Notes: generated by a model not told the origin, from the sequence alone. 64,000 nucleotides of DNA from a virus (IMGVR_UViG_3300038443_002312:32001-96000); one strand, 5' to 3'. Numbered from the stretch's first letter, positions 1-9,520 are shown. Numbers and translations are program-made.

Positions 1-517
1 GGCGGATCTCGGCCACCTGCCCGCGGATCTCCTCCAGTTCGGCCCGCAGGCGGCGGACCTCCTCTTCCCGGTACCGGGCCAGGTCGCGTTCCAGGTCCGC
101 CCGCGGGACGAAGACCGCCCCGGCCTCCCGGGCGGCGGCCTCGGCCTCCCCCTCGTCGCGGATCTTCTCGGTCAGCAGCCAGTCGGGGCACTCGCCCGTG
201 AGCAATTGCACGGCCAGGGCCGCGGCGTCGGCCGACGGGCGGTGCCCGTCGGGCAGGGCGGACGCGGTGTTCCCGAACGCGGTCACCTCCAGGAGCCCGA
301 GGCGGTGCCGGCCGTGCTCGCGGAGGAAGCGGACGGCGCTCGGGACCGGCCAGATCATGGGGTCGTTGCCGGCGACGGCGAACAGGTAGTCCCACGCGGC
401 CGACACGAGCGGCCAGGCCCGGTACAGGGCGGCGGGCAGGTCGGGGTTCGGCCCGACGCTCGCGGACGTGCGGCCCGCGCAGTCGTGGCACTGGTAGGCG
501 TAGTACCCGCTCGACAT
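1..517 (-). CDS. Hypothetical protein (runs off window); shares LAVQLL...FVPRADL motif with the 13.7-16.7 kb paralogs
   Basis: ATG at 517 with upstream GGAGGAG; open frame to window edge. Confidence 0.6.
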   Translation of the reverse strand, partial: MSSGYYAYQCHDCAGRTSASVGPNPDLPAALYRAWPLVSAAWDYLFAVAGNDPMIWPVPSAVRFLREHGRHRLGLLEVTAFGNTASALPDGHRPSADAAALAVQLLTGECPDWLLTEKIRDEGEAEAAAREAGAVFVPRADLERDLARYREEEVRRLRAELEEIRGQVAEIR

Positions 518-536
518 CCGCGGAACTCCTCCGAAG

Positions 537-833
537 TCAGGTCTCGCCCGCGGCCAGCCGGCCGGCCAGGTCGTCGGCCAGTTGGCACACGGGGATCAGA
601 TCGTCCGGGTTGGCCAGCACGGCCAGGGCGAGCCGGGCGGCGTCGGCCTGAAGCGGGGTAAGTTGCGGTCGCCACTCCCCGCACCAGTCGCCCGCGTACA
701 CCGTCGGCCGCCGGAGGCCGTCCGCGACCAAGGGCGGGTGCCGGGCACACCTCCCGACGACGCCCACCGGGACCGGCTCCGCCGGCGGGTAGCCCATCAG
801 GAACCGGCAGTTCGTGCATACCCGGTCGGTCAT
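537..833 (-). CDS. Cys-rich hypothetical protein with C-terminal LALAVLANPDDL motif
   Basis: CxxCxF..C..HPP..DWCGEW; start refined to ATG 833. Confidence 0.65.
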   Translation of the reverse strand: MTDRVCTNCRFLMGYPPAEPVPVGVVGRCARHPPLVADGLRRPTVYAGDWCGEWRPQLTPLQADAARLALAVLANPDDLIPVCQLADDLAGRLAAGET

Positions 834-855
834 CGTGGCCCCTGGGGAACGGGGA

Positions 856-1230
856 TCACCAATACCGCACCTCACCCGCGGCCGGCAAGCCGGCCTGACG
901 ATCCTGGTCGAGCGAGAACCGCCGGGCGTAGCCGACCACCTTCATGTCATCCCACCCGGCCTTCAGCGTCCGAATGTCGAACGGCCCGCTGGGCCGGAAC
1001 CGCCACGGGGCCTTCCCGTCGGCCTCCACGTCCCCGACGCCGAAGATGAGGGCGTAGTGTTCCATGACCGAGACGATCGCCCCCAGGCAGAACGCCCCGG
1101 GGTCCCGCGTGGGCTTGATCGGGTCGGCCGGCTCCCACCCGCACCCGTCGACGGCCTCCCACTCCCACCCTTCGGTGTTACTGAACACCGCCGTCCCGTC
1201 GCCGATGATAACGTCGAAAACACGGGTCAA
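856..1230 (-). CDS. Hypothetical protein, paralog of 1742-2101
   Basis: EGWEWEA...CGWEPA...GWDDMKVVGYARR; TTG start overlapping upstream stop. Confidence 0.65.
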   Translation of the reverse strand: MTRVFDVIIGDGTAVFSNTEGWEWEAVDGCGWEPADPIKPTRDPGAFCLGAIVSVMEHYALIFGVGDVEADGKAPWRFRPSGPFDIRTLKAGWDDMKVVGYARRFSLDQDRQAGLPAAGEVRYW

Positions 1231-1745
1231 CACGGCCGGCCTCCAACCGCGGGTTCCGTAACCACCGTCCCGTCCGACAGGAACTCGCCCGGCTGCGGGG
1301 CCAGGGGGTCGGTGAACTGGGTGACCGACCCGTCCCCGCGGAAGACGACGCTCACCTTGTTCTGCCGCGCGTCCAGGCACCCGTCCCCGCCGACATCCCA
1401 CTGCCGGCACGCGTCCGGCCGCCACGCGTACTGGGCGCACCGGCCCGTCCCCCGGTCGAGCCACAGGCACGGGGACCCGGAGGGGTCGGCGGCCAAGTCC
1501 CGTAAGACCGCCGCGTGGGCCGCCCGGACCGCCTCCGGCATGGCCAGGAACAGGTTTTGTTCGAGCAACACCGACCGGAACCGCGGCGGGAGCAGTTCCG
1601 GGGTGTCGGCGAACTCGGCCAGGGTCGCCAGCCGCGGGTCACCCCCGAGGTCCGGGTTGCGGCACTCGAACGGCGGCAGGCCAATGGATTGGCAGCACTT
1701 GCCACCGCACGCCGCACACGGCTCGATCTGGGGGAGCGGGATCAA
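1227..1745 (-). CDS. YkgJ-like (CxxCxxCC) cysteine-cluster protein
   Basis: CAACGGKCC ... PCLWLDRGTGRCAQYAWRPDACRQW. Confidence 0.75.
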   Translation of the reverse strand: MIPLPQIEPCAACGGKCCQSIGLPPFECRNPDLGGDPRLATLAEFADTPELLPPRFRSVLLEQNLFLAMPEAVRAAHAAVLRDLAADPSGSPCLWLDRGTGRCAQYAWRPDACRQWDVGGDGCLDARQNKVSVVFRGDGSVTQFTDPLAPQPGEFLSDGTVVTEPAVGGRPC

Positions 1746-2101
1746 GACGCCTCCGTGACCGGGGCGGCCGGGAACTTGCACCGCCTCGCCTGCCCGACCA
1801 CCTCCATGTCCGCCCAGCCGCCCGCTAAGGCCGCGGTCATGTCCGTCACGCCGGGCGGGGCGGTGAACGACATCCGCCACACCGGCCGGCCGTCCGCCGC
1901 CGGCTCCGGCCCCTCGACCAGGCCGTAAGCGGCCCCGACGCGGACGATGGCCCCGGGGCACAGGCACCCCGGGTTGTCCGCCACCCGGACCGGGCCGGTC
2001 TTGACCGCCGGCTCGTACCCGCAGGACCGGCCGTCCCGCTCGGCCGCCTCGAACTCCCACCCCTCGCCCGTCGCGGGGAAGTCGTGAATCATAAGGTGCA
2101 T
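1742..2101 (-). CDS. Hypothetical protein, paralog of 856-1230
   Basis: EGWEFEA...CGYEPA...GWADMEVVGQARR. Confidence 0.65.
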   Translation of the reverse strand: MHLMIHDFPATGEGWEFEAAERDGRSCGYEPAVKTGPVRVADNPGCLCPGAIVRVGAAYGLVEGPEPAADGRPVWRMSFTAPPGVTDMTAALAGGWADMEVVGQARRCKFPAAPVTEAS

Positions 2102-3018
2102 GTCGCCTCCAGTCCGCTCAGTTTCAGGTACACCGCCAGACACGCCTCCGCGTCCCGCCCGGCGTGGTGGTGGGACGCGAGCCGGATACCCAGTCTTTGA
2201 CAGACCTCCGGCAGCTTATTCCCGGCCTTCCTGCCCCATTTTCGCTGGGACAGGGCCAGGGTACAGGCCCAATTCAGGGGCGGGCACGGGGCCACCGCGT
2301 CGGACAGGCAGGCCAGGAGGACCCGGCGGTCGAACGAGACGTTGTGGGCCACGACGACGTCGGCCCGCCCGACCAGAATCCCCAGCCAGTCCCGCCAGTG
2401 GTCGCCGAACACCGGCTCGGTCTCGACCCGGGCCGCCGAGATCCCGTGGATCTGGACGAACCGGGGCAGGAAGGCGCCGCGGGCCGGGCGGACGAGCCGG
2501 GCGTGCCGCTCGGTCAGTCGCCCCGCCTCCCAGGCCGCCACCCCGACCGCGCACGCGCTGCCCGGGTTCTCGTTCGCCGTCTCGAAGTCGATGGCGACGA
2601 CCCGGGCCGGGGCGGGCGGACGGGCGGGCCCGTCAGGTACGCCCACGCCGCCCGCCCCCAGTCCCGGCACGCCGCCCGGAAGTCCCGGGCGAACGCCCGG
2701 TCCGCGGCCGGGTCGTTGCTCGGGATCAGGACGAGCGGGACCGCCGCCAGGAGGGCCGCCCCCTGGAGGACCCACCGGCAGAACCCCCGGGGACTGTCCA
2801 CGGTGGCCGACCTCCCGCTCGACGTGCTCCAGGATCTTGGCCCGGGCGGCCGCCACTGCCTCGGCTGCCCCCACCTTCCTCGACGCCGCCGCGTGCTCGG
2901 CCTCGGCCCACGCGACCCGCAGGTCGAACGGGACGAGCCGCCAGTGGGCCGGGCAGAGCAGTTGCCCGGCCGCCACGTGGCACCGGCAGGCCGGCAACTG
3001 GCAGACGGGGCGGTCCAC
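2089..3018 (-). CDS. DEDDh (DnaQ-like) 3'-5' exonuclease with N-terminal Zn-finger module
   Basis: ExoI VVAIDFETAN, ExoII VAHNVSFD, ExoIII HHAGRDAEAC; N-term CxxPxC..LLCPAHW. Confidence 0.85.
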   Translation of the reverse strand: MDRPVCQLPACRCHVAAGQLLCPAHWRLVPFDLRVAWAEAEHAAASRKVGAAEAVAAARAKILEHVEREVGHRGQSPGVLPVGPPGGGPPGGGPARPDPEQRPGRGPGVRPGLPGGVPGLGAGGVGVPDGPARPPAPARVVAIDFETANENPGSACAVGVAAWEAGRLTERHARLVRPARGAFLPRFVQIHGISAARVETEPVFGDHWRDWLGILVGRADVVVAHNVSFDRRVLLACLSDAVAPCPPLNWACTLALSQRKWGRKAGNKLPEVCQRLGIRLASHHHAGRDAEACLAVYLKLSGLEATCTL

Positions 3019-3028
3019 GGTCGGCCTC

Positions 3029-3256
3029 CTACCACGTCCACCGGCCGATCTGGACGGCGACCGCGGCGAGGCTCGCCCCGACCGCCGCCCCGAGCCAGAC
3101 CCCGACCCACAACCCGCCCCGGTACCCGCGGTCGAACGCCCGGCCGACGACCAGCCCGATCAGGGGTGCCGGCAACTCGCCGGACGTCCCGCCCCGGGCG
3201 CGATCGATCAGCACGTCCAGGGCCGCGTCATCGACGATCTTCACCAGCGGTTTCAT
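3029..3256 (-). CDS. Small membrane protein
   Basis: GGAGG RBS; hydrophobic C-terminus. Confidence 0.55.
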   Translation of the reverse strand: MKPLVKIVDDAALDVLIDRARGGTSGELPAPLIGLVVGRAFDRGYRGGLWVGVWLGAAVGASLAAVAVQIGRWTW

Positions 3257-3268
3257 CGGACCTCCCGG

Positions 3269-3511
3269 TTAGCGGTTGCCCGCCGCCGCGGCGTGGGCGG
3301 CGGCCAGTTCGGCCCGCAGCCGCAGGACCTCCTCGGCCAGGGCCGCCGCGTCGGCGTCCAGGGCGAACGTGTCGACCCCGCCCCGCCCGGCCCCTTCGGC
3401 TTTCAACCGGGACCGGGTCCACGCCACCCGCTCCCCGCACCGCTCGCGGCGGAACCGGTACGGGCCGAGGTCGACCTCGACCACCTCGTCGGGCTTGTTC
3501 GCCTGCGCCAT
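3269..3511 (-). CDS. Hypothetical protein
   Basis: ATG 3511 with GGAGG; fills gap in operon. Confidence 0.55.
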   Translation of the reverse strand: MAQANKPDEVVEVDLGPYRFRRERCGERVAWTRSRLKAEGAGRGGVDTFALDADAAALAEEVLRLRAELAAAHAAAAGNR

Positions 3512-3522
3512 CGCCCGCCTCC

Positions 3523-4071
3523 TCAGCACGAACAGCTCAGGAACGCCTGGGCCGGGTCGGCCGGCGGGTCCCGGCCGGTCACGAGCGCCCAGGCCGCCCA
3601 GAACTTCCCGTACGACCACTCGTCCTTGTACATCGTGTCCCGCCAGTGCTCCCCGCCGTGCTCGACCAGGTAGTCGTCGAACGTGACCGAATCGTCGGCC
3701 GCGCCCAGGAGCCGGTCGTACGACATCCGCCCGTCGTGCTCGTGGACGCCGGAATGCACCCGCCCGTCCCGGTCCGTCCACTCCCACGCCTCCGCCGTCG
3801 GGGGCCCCTGGTCCAGCTCCGCGACCAGGGCGTCGATCCACGCGACCGCGTCGGCGGACTCCCGGGAGAAGGCGAGCGCGACGAACCGCTCCCGGGCCCA
3901 CCGCGGCAGGTCGTCCCGGCGCATCTCGGCCAGGGCCGCCTGGTCGGCGTACCCGGCCTCTTCGAGCAGGTCGGCGAGGACCGGGAGGGCCGAGTAGTCC
4001 CGGGCCTCGCGCAGCGCGGCACACATCGCCCGGACCGCCTCGGTCCGCCACCGCGGGTCGGCGTCAGCCAC
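3523..4071 (-). CDS. Protein with Gemmata-type 'W.T..V...A....YSALPVLADLLEEAG' domain
   Basis: WRTEAVRAMCAALREARDYSALPVLADLLEEAG resembles a motif expanded in Gemmataceae proteomes. Confidence 0.65.
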   Translation of the reverse strand: MADADPRWRTEAVRAMCAALREARDYSALPVLADLLEEAGYADQAALAEMRRDDLPRWARERFVALAFSRESADAVAWIDALVAELDQGPPTAEAWEWTDRDGRVHSGVHEHDGRMSYDRLLGAADDSVTFDDYLVEHGGEHWRDTMYKDEWSYGKFWAAWALVTGRDPPADPAQAFLSCSC

Positions 4072-4411
4072 GGCCGGCGCCCTCCGCCGGGGCCGCCGCG
4101 GGCAGGACCGCCTCGGCCGGGACGTGCGGGTGGGTCCAGGCGTGCCGCAGGCTGGTGACCGTGCCGGGGATGAGGAACAGGTAAAAGGTCTCGCCCGGCT
4201 TGACCGCGGCGTCGAGGAACGGGTCGACCACGCCGAGGACCCGGGCCGGGTACTTGCCGGCCGACCCGTCGGCGTACAGCCCGCACTTCCGGCCGGGGTC
4301 CATCGCCTCGGCGGCGACCACCGGCAGGACCGCCACGTGGATCGCGTCCCGCGTCGCCCCCGGCCCGGCCAACTGCCCGACCGGGACCTTCTCCTGCTGC
4401 GGCCTGCTCAT
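4064..4411 (-). CDS. Conserved phage hypothetical protein
   Basis: RDAIHVAV...GVVDPFL...PGTVTSLRHAWTHP. Confidence 0.65.
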   Translation of the reverse strand: MSRPQQEKVPVGQLAGPGATRDAIHVAVLPVVAAEAMDPGRKCGLYADGSAGKYPARVLGVVDPFLDAAVKPGETFYLFLIPGTVTSLRHAWTHPHVPAEAVLPAAAPAEGAGRG

Positions 4412-4559
4412 GATGCCCTCGCGCAGTTGCGGAACCGCCGGCCCGTCTTCAGGGCCAGTACCTTGGGGGCCCGGGCGAACCGGGACCGCGGGAACGGCGG
4501 GACGACCGGTTCGGCCGGGCCCTTCGCCCGCCACCACCCGCCCTTACTCCGGGTGCCCA

Positions 4560-4838
4560 TTACTTCGCCATCTCCTCGCGGGCCCCGTTGAGCAGCCCGC
4601 GGCCGAACTGGACGCCCCGCCGGCCGATCCCCTCGCCGACCTCCTCGGTCGTCGGCAGGGTCGGGCCCGGTTGGGCCGGCTCGACCTGGGGCGGGGGCGG
4701 GGACGGTTTGGGCTCGTGGGTCGCCACCTGGTACGCCGCGCACGACCCGACGACGAGCAGGAGCAGCCCGCCGACGACCAGCGCGAGCAGGTCGCCCGCC
4801 GTCACCTCGGTCGGCCGGACCCGGACCCAGTTGCGCAT
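4560..4838 (-). CDS. Single-TM membrane protein
   Basis: Hydrophobic LLALVVGGLLLLVV, Pro-rich linker. Confidence 0.55.
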   Translation of the reverse strand: MRNWVRVRPTEVTAGDLLALVVGGLLLLVVGSCAAYQVATHEPKPSPPPPQVEPAQPGPTLPTTEEVGEGIGRRGVQFGRGLLNGAREEMAK

Positions 4839-4848
4839 CTCGCCCCCC

Positions 4849-5073
4849 TCAGTCGGTGATGGTGACCGTCGCCTCGACCGCGTAACACAGCCCGTCGGGC
4901 GTGACCCCGTGCTGCTCGGCCCCGTGCCGGAGGTCGGCGAAGAACTTCCGCCCGTCCAGGCCCACGACGACCAGGCCCAGGACGCCGGACTCCTTCAGTT
5001 GGACCACCGTCCCCGGGTCCACGTCGGCGATCGGCCCGGGAACCCGCTTCAACCGCTCGTCCTTGAACTTCAC
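4849..5073 (-). CDS. Hypothetical protein
   Basis: ORF track, compact composition. Confidence 0.55.
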   Translation of the reverse strand: MKFKDERLKRVPGPIADVDPGTVVQLKESGVLGLVVVGLDGRKFFADLRHGAEQHGVTPDGLCYAVEATVTITD

Positions 5074-5084
5074 CGCGCACCCCC

Positions 5085-5098
5085 GCCAAGATGTTGGC
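5085..5098. promoter_or_regulatory. Operator-like palindrome GCCAAGATGTTGGC (one of >20 GCCAR-N4-TTGGC sites)
   Basis: At gene junction; recurrent motif, see findings. Confidence 0.6.
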
Positions 5099-5760
5099 TA
5101 CCCCGGCCGCCGGTACGGGGTCCACTCGCCCAGGATTTCCAGGAGCGACGGGGTCCGCTTCGGCGGCAGGACCCCGTCCCGCCGGTACCCCACCCCGGCC
5201 CAGTACGCCCGGGCCTTCTTCACGCGGTCGATTTCCGCCGGCTTCGCCGCCGCGATCGCCCGGGCGTCCTTCGCGGCCTGCCGGAGGGCCGCCGCCGGGA
5301 TATTGTCGGCCCCCGCGGCGACCGTGAACCGGTCGGCCATCGCCTCCAGGGCGGCCGCCTCCTTTTCGAGGTTCCGGACCTGGTCGGCCAGTTCGCGCTC
5401 CCGCAGGGCCAGGAGCCGGGACACCTCCGCCGCCAGGTCGGCCGCCCCGGGCGGGGCCCCGGCCTTGACCGCGTCCCCGGCGGCCTTCATCAGGGCCGGG
5501 CGGATCGTGTCGACCAGGTCCACCACCCCCGGGTCCGTCGGCGGGCCCGGGTCGGCCCCGGACCGGTCGTACGCGTCCTTCCGGGAGGGGTCCCGGAGGA
5601 CTTCGTAGGCGGCCTGGACCTCCTTGTACCGCGCCTCCGCCGCCGGGTTGCCCGGGTTGCGGTCCGGGTGCAGGTGCCGGGACAGCTTGCGGTAGGCCGC
5701 GAGGATCTGTTGCTGGGTCGCGGCCCGGGACAGCCCGAGCACGGCGTACGGGTCGGTCAT
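5098..5760 (-). CDS. J-domain (DnaJ-type) protein
   Basis: DPYAVLGL...YRKLSRHLHPDRN (HPD)...AYEVLRDP..R..YD. Confidence 0.9.
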   Translation of the reverse strand: MTDPYAVLGLSRAATQQQILAAYRKLSRHLHPDRNPGNPAAEARYKEVQAAYEVLRDPSRKDAYDRSGADPGPPTDPGVVDLVDTIRPALMKAAGDAVKAGAPPGAADLAAEVSRLLALRERELADQVRNLEKEAAALEAMADRFTVAAGADNIPAAALRQAAKDARAIAAAKPAEIDRVKKARAYWAGVGYRRDGVLPPKRTPSLLEILGEWTPYRRPG

Positions 5761-6089
5761 AGCCCCTCGCGGTCGGCCGGGTTGGTCAGGAAGCGGCGGG
5801 CGAAGACCCGGCCGGTCCCGCAGAAGAGGGCGATCGGGAGGAGGACCGGCGAGACGGCCCAGCAGAAGAACCTGTGCCCGGGGTCCCAGCCATCGTGGTA
5901 CCGCTCACCGAACGCGAAGTCCACGTGCCGGGCCTTGTTCCGGACGAACCAGGCGGCGAAGGCGTACCACAGTTTGGCGACCAGGAGGGCCCATGCCCAG
6001 GTCGGCAGGGCCGACAGATCGGGGACGGGGATAGCGAGCGTCACGGTCTCCATGTACGGCCCCTGCAAGTTGGGAATGCGGACGATCAC
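5757..6089 (-). CDS. Small membrane protein
   Basis: Two hydrophobic Trp-rich segments. Confidence 0.55.
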   Translation of the reverse strand: MIVRIPNLQGPYMETVTLAIPVPDLSALPTWAWALLVAKLWYAFAAWFVRNKARHVDFAFGERYHDGWDPGHRFFCWAVSPVLLPIALFCGTGRVFARRFLTNPADREGL

Positions 6090-6108
6090 CGCGGAACTCC
6101 TCGAACGG

Positions 6109-6336
6109 TCAGAACGGGCGGGCGGCCAGGCACCAGACGAGCACGTGGGTGGCCCCGCCGAGGGCGAGGACGCCCAGGGCGGCCAGGCCCGCCCGGGCCA
6201 TGACCTCGACGTCGGCGTCGGTCGGCCCGGGGGCGTCCCCGGCCAATCGCGCGGCGAACATCGCCAGGCAGAAGACCGGCAGGCCGACCTGGCGGATCTT
6301 CCTCCGGGCCCGGGCCTTCTTGCGGCGGCGGTTCAC
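6109..6336 (-). CDS. Small membrane protein with basic N-terminus
   Basis: RRRKKARARRK followed by 2 hydrophobic helices. Confidence 0.5.
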   Translation of the reverse strand: MNRRRKKARARRKIRQVGLPVFCLAMFAARLAGDAPGPTDADVEVMARAGLAALGVLALGGATHVLVWCLAARPF

Positions 6337-6486
6337 GCCGGCCCCTCCCCGGCTTCGAGGCCGGCGAGCACGTCCCGCAGCCGGGCGACCGCCTCGGCCC
6401 CGACCACGACCACGGCCACGTACCCGTTGCACTCGACCACGCCCACGTACCCCGGCGGCTTCGCCTCGGCCGCCTCCGGGACGCCC

Positions 6487-7872
6487 TCAACCGGACCTGC
6501 CTTCGCCATCGGCCACCTCCACGCCCGGGACCTCGTCGGGACCGACCTCGTACACGTCCACGGACCACCCCGGGCCGGGCAGAACTATGACCTCGCCCCG
6601 GCCGCTCCGCACCCACGCCTCGACCGCCCGCGAGGCGTGCTCCTGCTGGCTCACGCCGATCTCCCGGGGCGGGTGGACGACCACCTTCATCCGGGCCCGG
6701 TCGCCGACCACCCGGACCGGGACCCGGTAACTGCCGTACCCGAACTCCTGCATGGCCAGGTCGATCAGCGGGCCCAGGATCGCCTCGCCCCGGTCGCCCC
6801 CGGCCAGGACCTGGATCGCCAGGTCCTCGGCCGCCGTCAACCGCCCGGCCGCCTTCCGCTCGGCCAGGTCCGCCAACCGGGCCGCCGGGATGTCCCGCAG
6901 GACCTGCGACTCGGTCCGCGGCCGGGCCACCCCGCCCGCGGCCGCCACCCGGTCCGTCCAGGTCGATGATAACCCGGCCCGCCGGTCGCCGGAGATGACC
7001 ACCTCCCGCCCGGCCTCGAAGTGCGTGACGTCGAGGTCGGCGATCCCCCCGCCCGGCCGCCAGGCCCGCGGGTTTCCGGCGGCGGCCAGGTGCTCCCGGA
7101 CGCTCCGCCACACGGCCGGCGGGACCGCGTGCGCGAACCCGCCCGCCGGCCACGCGTAGGCGTTCACCCGGACGACGGGGCCCAGTTCGACCTCGGCCAC
7201 GACCGGGAAGGACGGGTGCGCCAGGCGGACGGCGACCTCGTTGGTCGAAAACCACAGGCCGTCGGAAACCCCGACGGCCGCGGCGTCTTCCGGGATCTCG
7301 CGGTCGGCCCACAGGGCCGGCTCGGTCGCCCCGCCCGCGGCCACGAACGCGTCGAACACCTCCCCGGTCAACCGCAGGACGACGGACCCCCGGGCGGCCC
7401 CGCCGGCCCCGGCGGGGCCGCGGAGGACGTCGTCGATCACCCCGATCGCCCGCTCGACCTCCCCGCCCGGCAAGACGACCTCGTCCCGCATCATCCGGTC
7501 GATCGCCCCGGCGACCGCCGGGGACACGTCCCGCAACCGCTCGGCCACGCTCACGGTCGCCGGCCAGTCCCGGTCGGCGGCCTGGGCGGCGGCGCGGAAA
7601 TCGAACCCGTGCCGGGACAGGTCGTACAGGTACGCGGCATTCCGCTCGCCCTCCTCGACCCAGTGGACCGGCGGGGCCTCGCCGGACTGGACCACCATCG
7701 GCCCCTCGCCGACCCGGACCATCAGGCCCTCGCCCCGGCTCCACCAGTACGCCGCCCGCCCGCGGGCCCGGCGGTGCAAAAAGACGATCCGCCAGCCGAT
7801 CCCGTGGGCGCACACCCGCTCGGCATCGACCCGGGGAAACCCGACCGCGACCAGGGCGTCCACGGCGTCCAT
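6487..7872 (-). CDS. Multi-module hypothetical protein
   Basis: Long ORF with GC3-type codon usage; start ATG 7872. Confidence 0.65.
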   Translation of the reverse strand: MDAVDALVAVGFPRVDAERVCAHGIGWRIVFLHRRARGRAAYWWSRGEGLMVRVGEGPMVVQSGEAPPVHWVEEGERNAAYLYDLSRHGFDFRAAAQAADRDWPATVSVAERLRDVSPAVAGAIDRMMRDEVVLPGGEVERAIGVIDDVLRGPAGAGGAARGSVVLRLTGEVFDAFVAAGGATEPALWADREIPEDAAAVGVSDGLWFSTNEVAVRLAHPSFPVVAEVELGPVVRVNAYAWPAGGFAHAVPPAVWRSVREHLAAAGNPRAWRPGGGIADLDVTHFEAGREVVISGDRRAGLSSTWTDRVAAAGGVARPRTESQVLRDIPAARLADLAERKAAGRLTAAEDLAIQVLAGGDRGEAILGPLIDLAMQEFGYGSYRVPVRVVGDRARMKVVVHPPREIGVSQQEHASRAVEAWVRSGRGEVIVLPGPGWSVDVYEVGPDEVPGVEVADGEGRSG

Positions 7873-8147
7873 CAGTCCACCACCAAAAGGGTGCGCGTCT
7901 CGACCCGGACCCAGCCCGGCTCCGGGTCGGGGGCGAACCAGCACAGGGTTCCCGCCCCCCCCCGCCGCCACATCTTACCGACGTACGCCCCGGACGGGTT
8001 CGACCGGTCATAGTCGCACAACTTCGCGAACGTCGTCCGGGTCACGACCGCGTGCGTCTCGTCGACCAGGACGTCCGCCCGGGCGGGCTGGTCCCAGTAC
8101 CGGCCGAGCGGAGCGGTGACCTCGGGGATCGGGTGGGCGTCGGTCAC
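7872..8147 (-). CDS. Conserved phage hypothetical protein
   Basis: PLGRYWDQP...YDRSNPSGAYVGKMWRR. Confidence 0.6.
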   Translation of the reverse strand: MTDAHPIPEVTAPLGRYWDQPARADVLVDETHAVVTRTTFAKLCDYDRSNPSGAYVGKMWRRGGAGTLCWFAPDPEPGWVRVETRTLLVVD

Positions 8148-8575
8148 GGGCACGGGAACCCCTCCCAGGCCCCGGGCAGGGGGCCGCACCAGCGGTGCAG
8201 GGCGCACTCCAGCCGCCACACCCGGCTGGCGACGACGTACCGGGCCCGCCGCTTCAGACCCGGTCGCGGGCCGGACGGCGACCACCCCAGGGGCGGACGG
8301 AGGGCGCCCACCGGCCCGTACCGGGCGAGCAGGTACCGCCGGGCCAGGTGACGCACTCCCGCCCAGCCGAGCAGCCAGACGGTCAGGGCCAGGTCGAGCG
8401 GCCAGACGAGCCGGACGGCCGCGGTCAGGGCCGGCCCGAGCAGGGCCCAGTCGTTCCCCCCGGACAGGTCGTACCCGACCGGGTCGACCCGCCGCAGGGC
8501 GCCCCGGGCGAGCGGCACGACGACCAGGCCGGCGGCCAGGTAGGCGATCAGGTAGAGCGGCCAGGCGGCGGGCAC
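8144..8575 (-). CDS. Membrane protein
   Basis: GAGGAG RBS, hydrophobic segments. Confidence 0.5.
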   Translation of the reverse strand: MPAAWPLYLIAYLAAGLVVVPLARGALRRVDPVGYDLSGGNDWALLGPALTAAVRLVWPLDLALTVWLLGWAGVRHLARRYLLARYGPVGALRPPLGWSPSGPRPGLKRRARYVVASRVWRLECALHRWCGPLPGAWEGFPCP

Positions 8576-8601
8576 GGGCGTCTCCTCTGCCAGTTCGTTG
8601 G

Positions 8602-9015
8602 CTACGCGGCCCGCAGCGGGGCCCCGCCGCCGGCCAGGAGGGCGGCGACGACCCGCCCCCTCTCGGTCACCTCGCACGGGCCCGCGACCAGCCCGCGGGC
8701 GGCCAGGACCCGGGCGGCGTGGACGGCCCCGCGGACGACCAGGGCCTTCGGGTCCCCGCCCGCGGCCAGGGCCCCCAGGAGCCGGGCGGCCGGCCCGGTC
8801 AGCCGGCAGGCGGCGGCCCGGGCGACGGCGAGCGGCCAGCGGAGGTCGGGCCCGCCGCACGCGCGGCACACGTCGCCCCCGGCATATTCTCCGCCGGCCA
8901 GGGCGGCGTACTCGGCCCGGTGGAGGGCGGTCACCCCGCACGCGGGGCAGAACGGGTCGTCTCCGGCGGCGGGGGCGGCAGACTCGGGGCGGGGGCCGGG
9001 GCGGACGCGGGGCAC
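8602..9015 (-). CDS. Zn-ribbon plus possible wHTH protein
   Basis: CPACG...CRACG; LAARGLV...VTERG. Confidence 0.5.
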   Translation of the reverse strand: MPRVRPGPRPESAAPAAGDDPFCPACGVTALHRAEYAALAGGEYAGGDVCRACGGPDLRWPLAVARAAACRLTGPAARLLGALAAGGDPKALVVRGAVHAARVLAARGLVAGPCEVTERGRVVAALLAGGGAPLRAA

Positions 9016-9443
9016 GGCGAAACCTCCATGAGGGCCCGGGCGGCCCGGTGCAGGTCGGCCGCCGTGGTCCCGAGGACCGCGGCGACCCGGGGCAGGTGGA
9101 CGAAGGCGGCCCGCGGGGCGGACCCGTGCTCGTACCGGTGGATGGTCCCGGCCCCGCGCCCGACGGCCCGGCCGACCTCGGCCAGGGTCTTCCCGGCGGC
9201 CAGCCGGACCAGGCACAGGACGGCCCCCAGGGCCTCGGCCGCCGACCCGCCCGGCGGGTAGGACGGGGCCGACTTCCGCCCCCGCCCGCGGCCGATCCCG
9301 GCCCGGATGACCCACGACCGGGCCGTCGCCCGGGTCACCCCGGCGGCCGCGGCGGCCTCGATCAGGGTGCCCCCGGCCCGGTACCGGGTGAGGACGGCGG
9401 CCCGCTCGGCCGCGGTGTACCTGCGACGGGACGTGGCGGCCAT
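8931..9443 (-). CDS. Double helix-turn-helix (Xre/Cro-like) transcriptional regulator
   Basis: TLIEAAAAAGVTRATARSW and TLAEVGRAVGRGAGTIHRYEHG. Confidence 0.75.
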   Translation of the reverse strand: MAATSRRRYTAAERAAVLTRYRAGGTLIEAAAAAGVTRATARSWVIRAGIGRGRGRKSAPSYPPGGSAAEALGAVLCLVRLAAGKTLAEVGRAVGRGAGTIHRYEHGSAPRAAFVHLPRVAAVLGTTAADLHRAARALMEVSPCPASAPAPAPSLPPPPPETTRSAPRAG

Positions 9444-9491
9444 CTTGGCCTCCGGCGGGGGAGAGTGAACCGGCGAGTAGTTGACACCGGA

Positions 9492-9520
9492 ATCCTACTC
9501 CCGCCCTGTCGGTCTGTCCA
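9492..9520 (-). promoter_or_regulatory. Sigma70-like promoter TGGACA-N17-TAGGAT upstream of HTH regulator
   Basis: 17-bp spacing; near-identical copy at 29851-29879. Confidence 0.7.

Noticed and set aside
8931-9443. IS3-type transposase (RRRYTAAERAAVL N-terminus)
   Set aside because: Only an HTH; no DDE domain or terminal inverted repeats seen.
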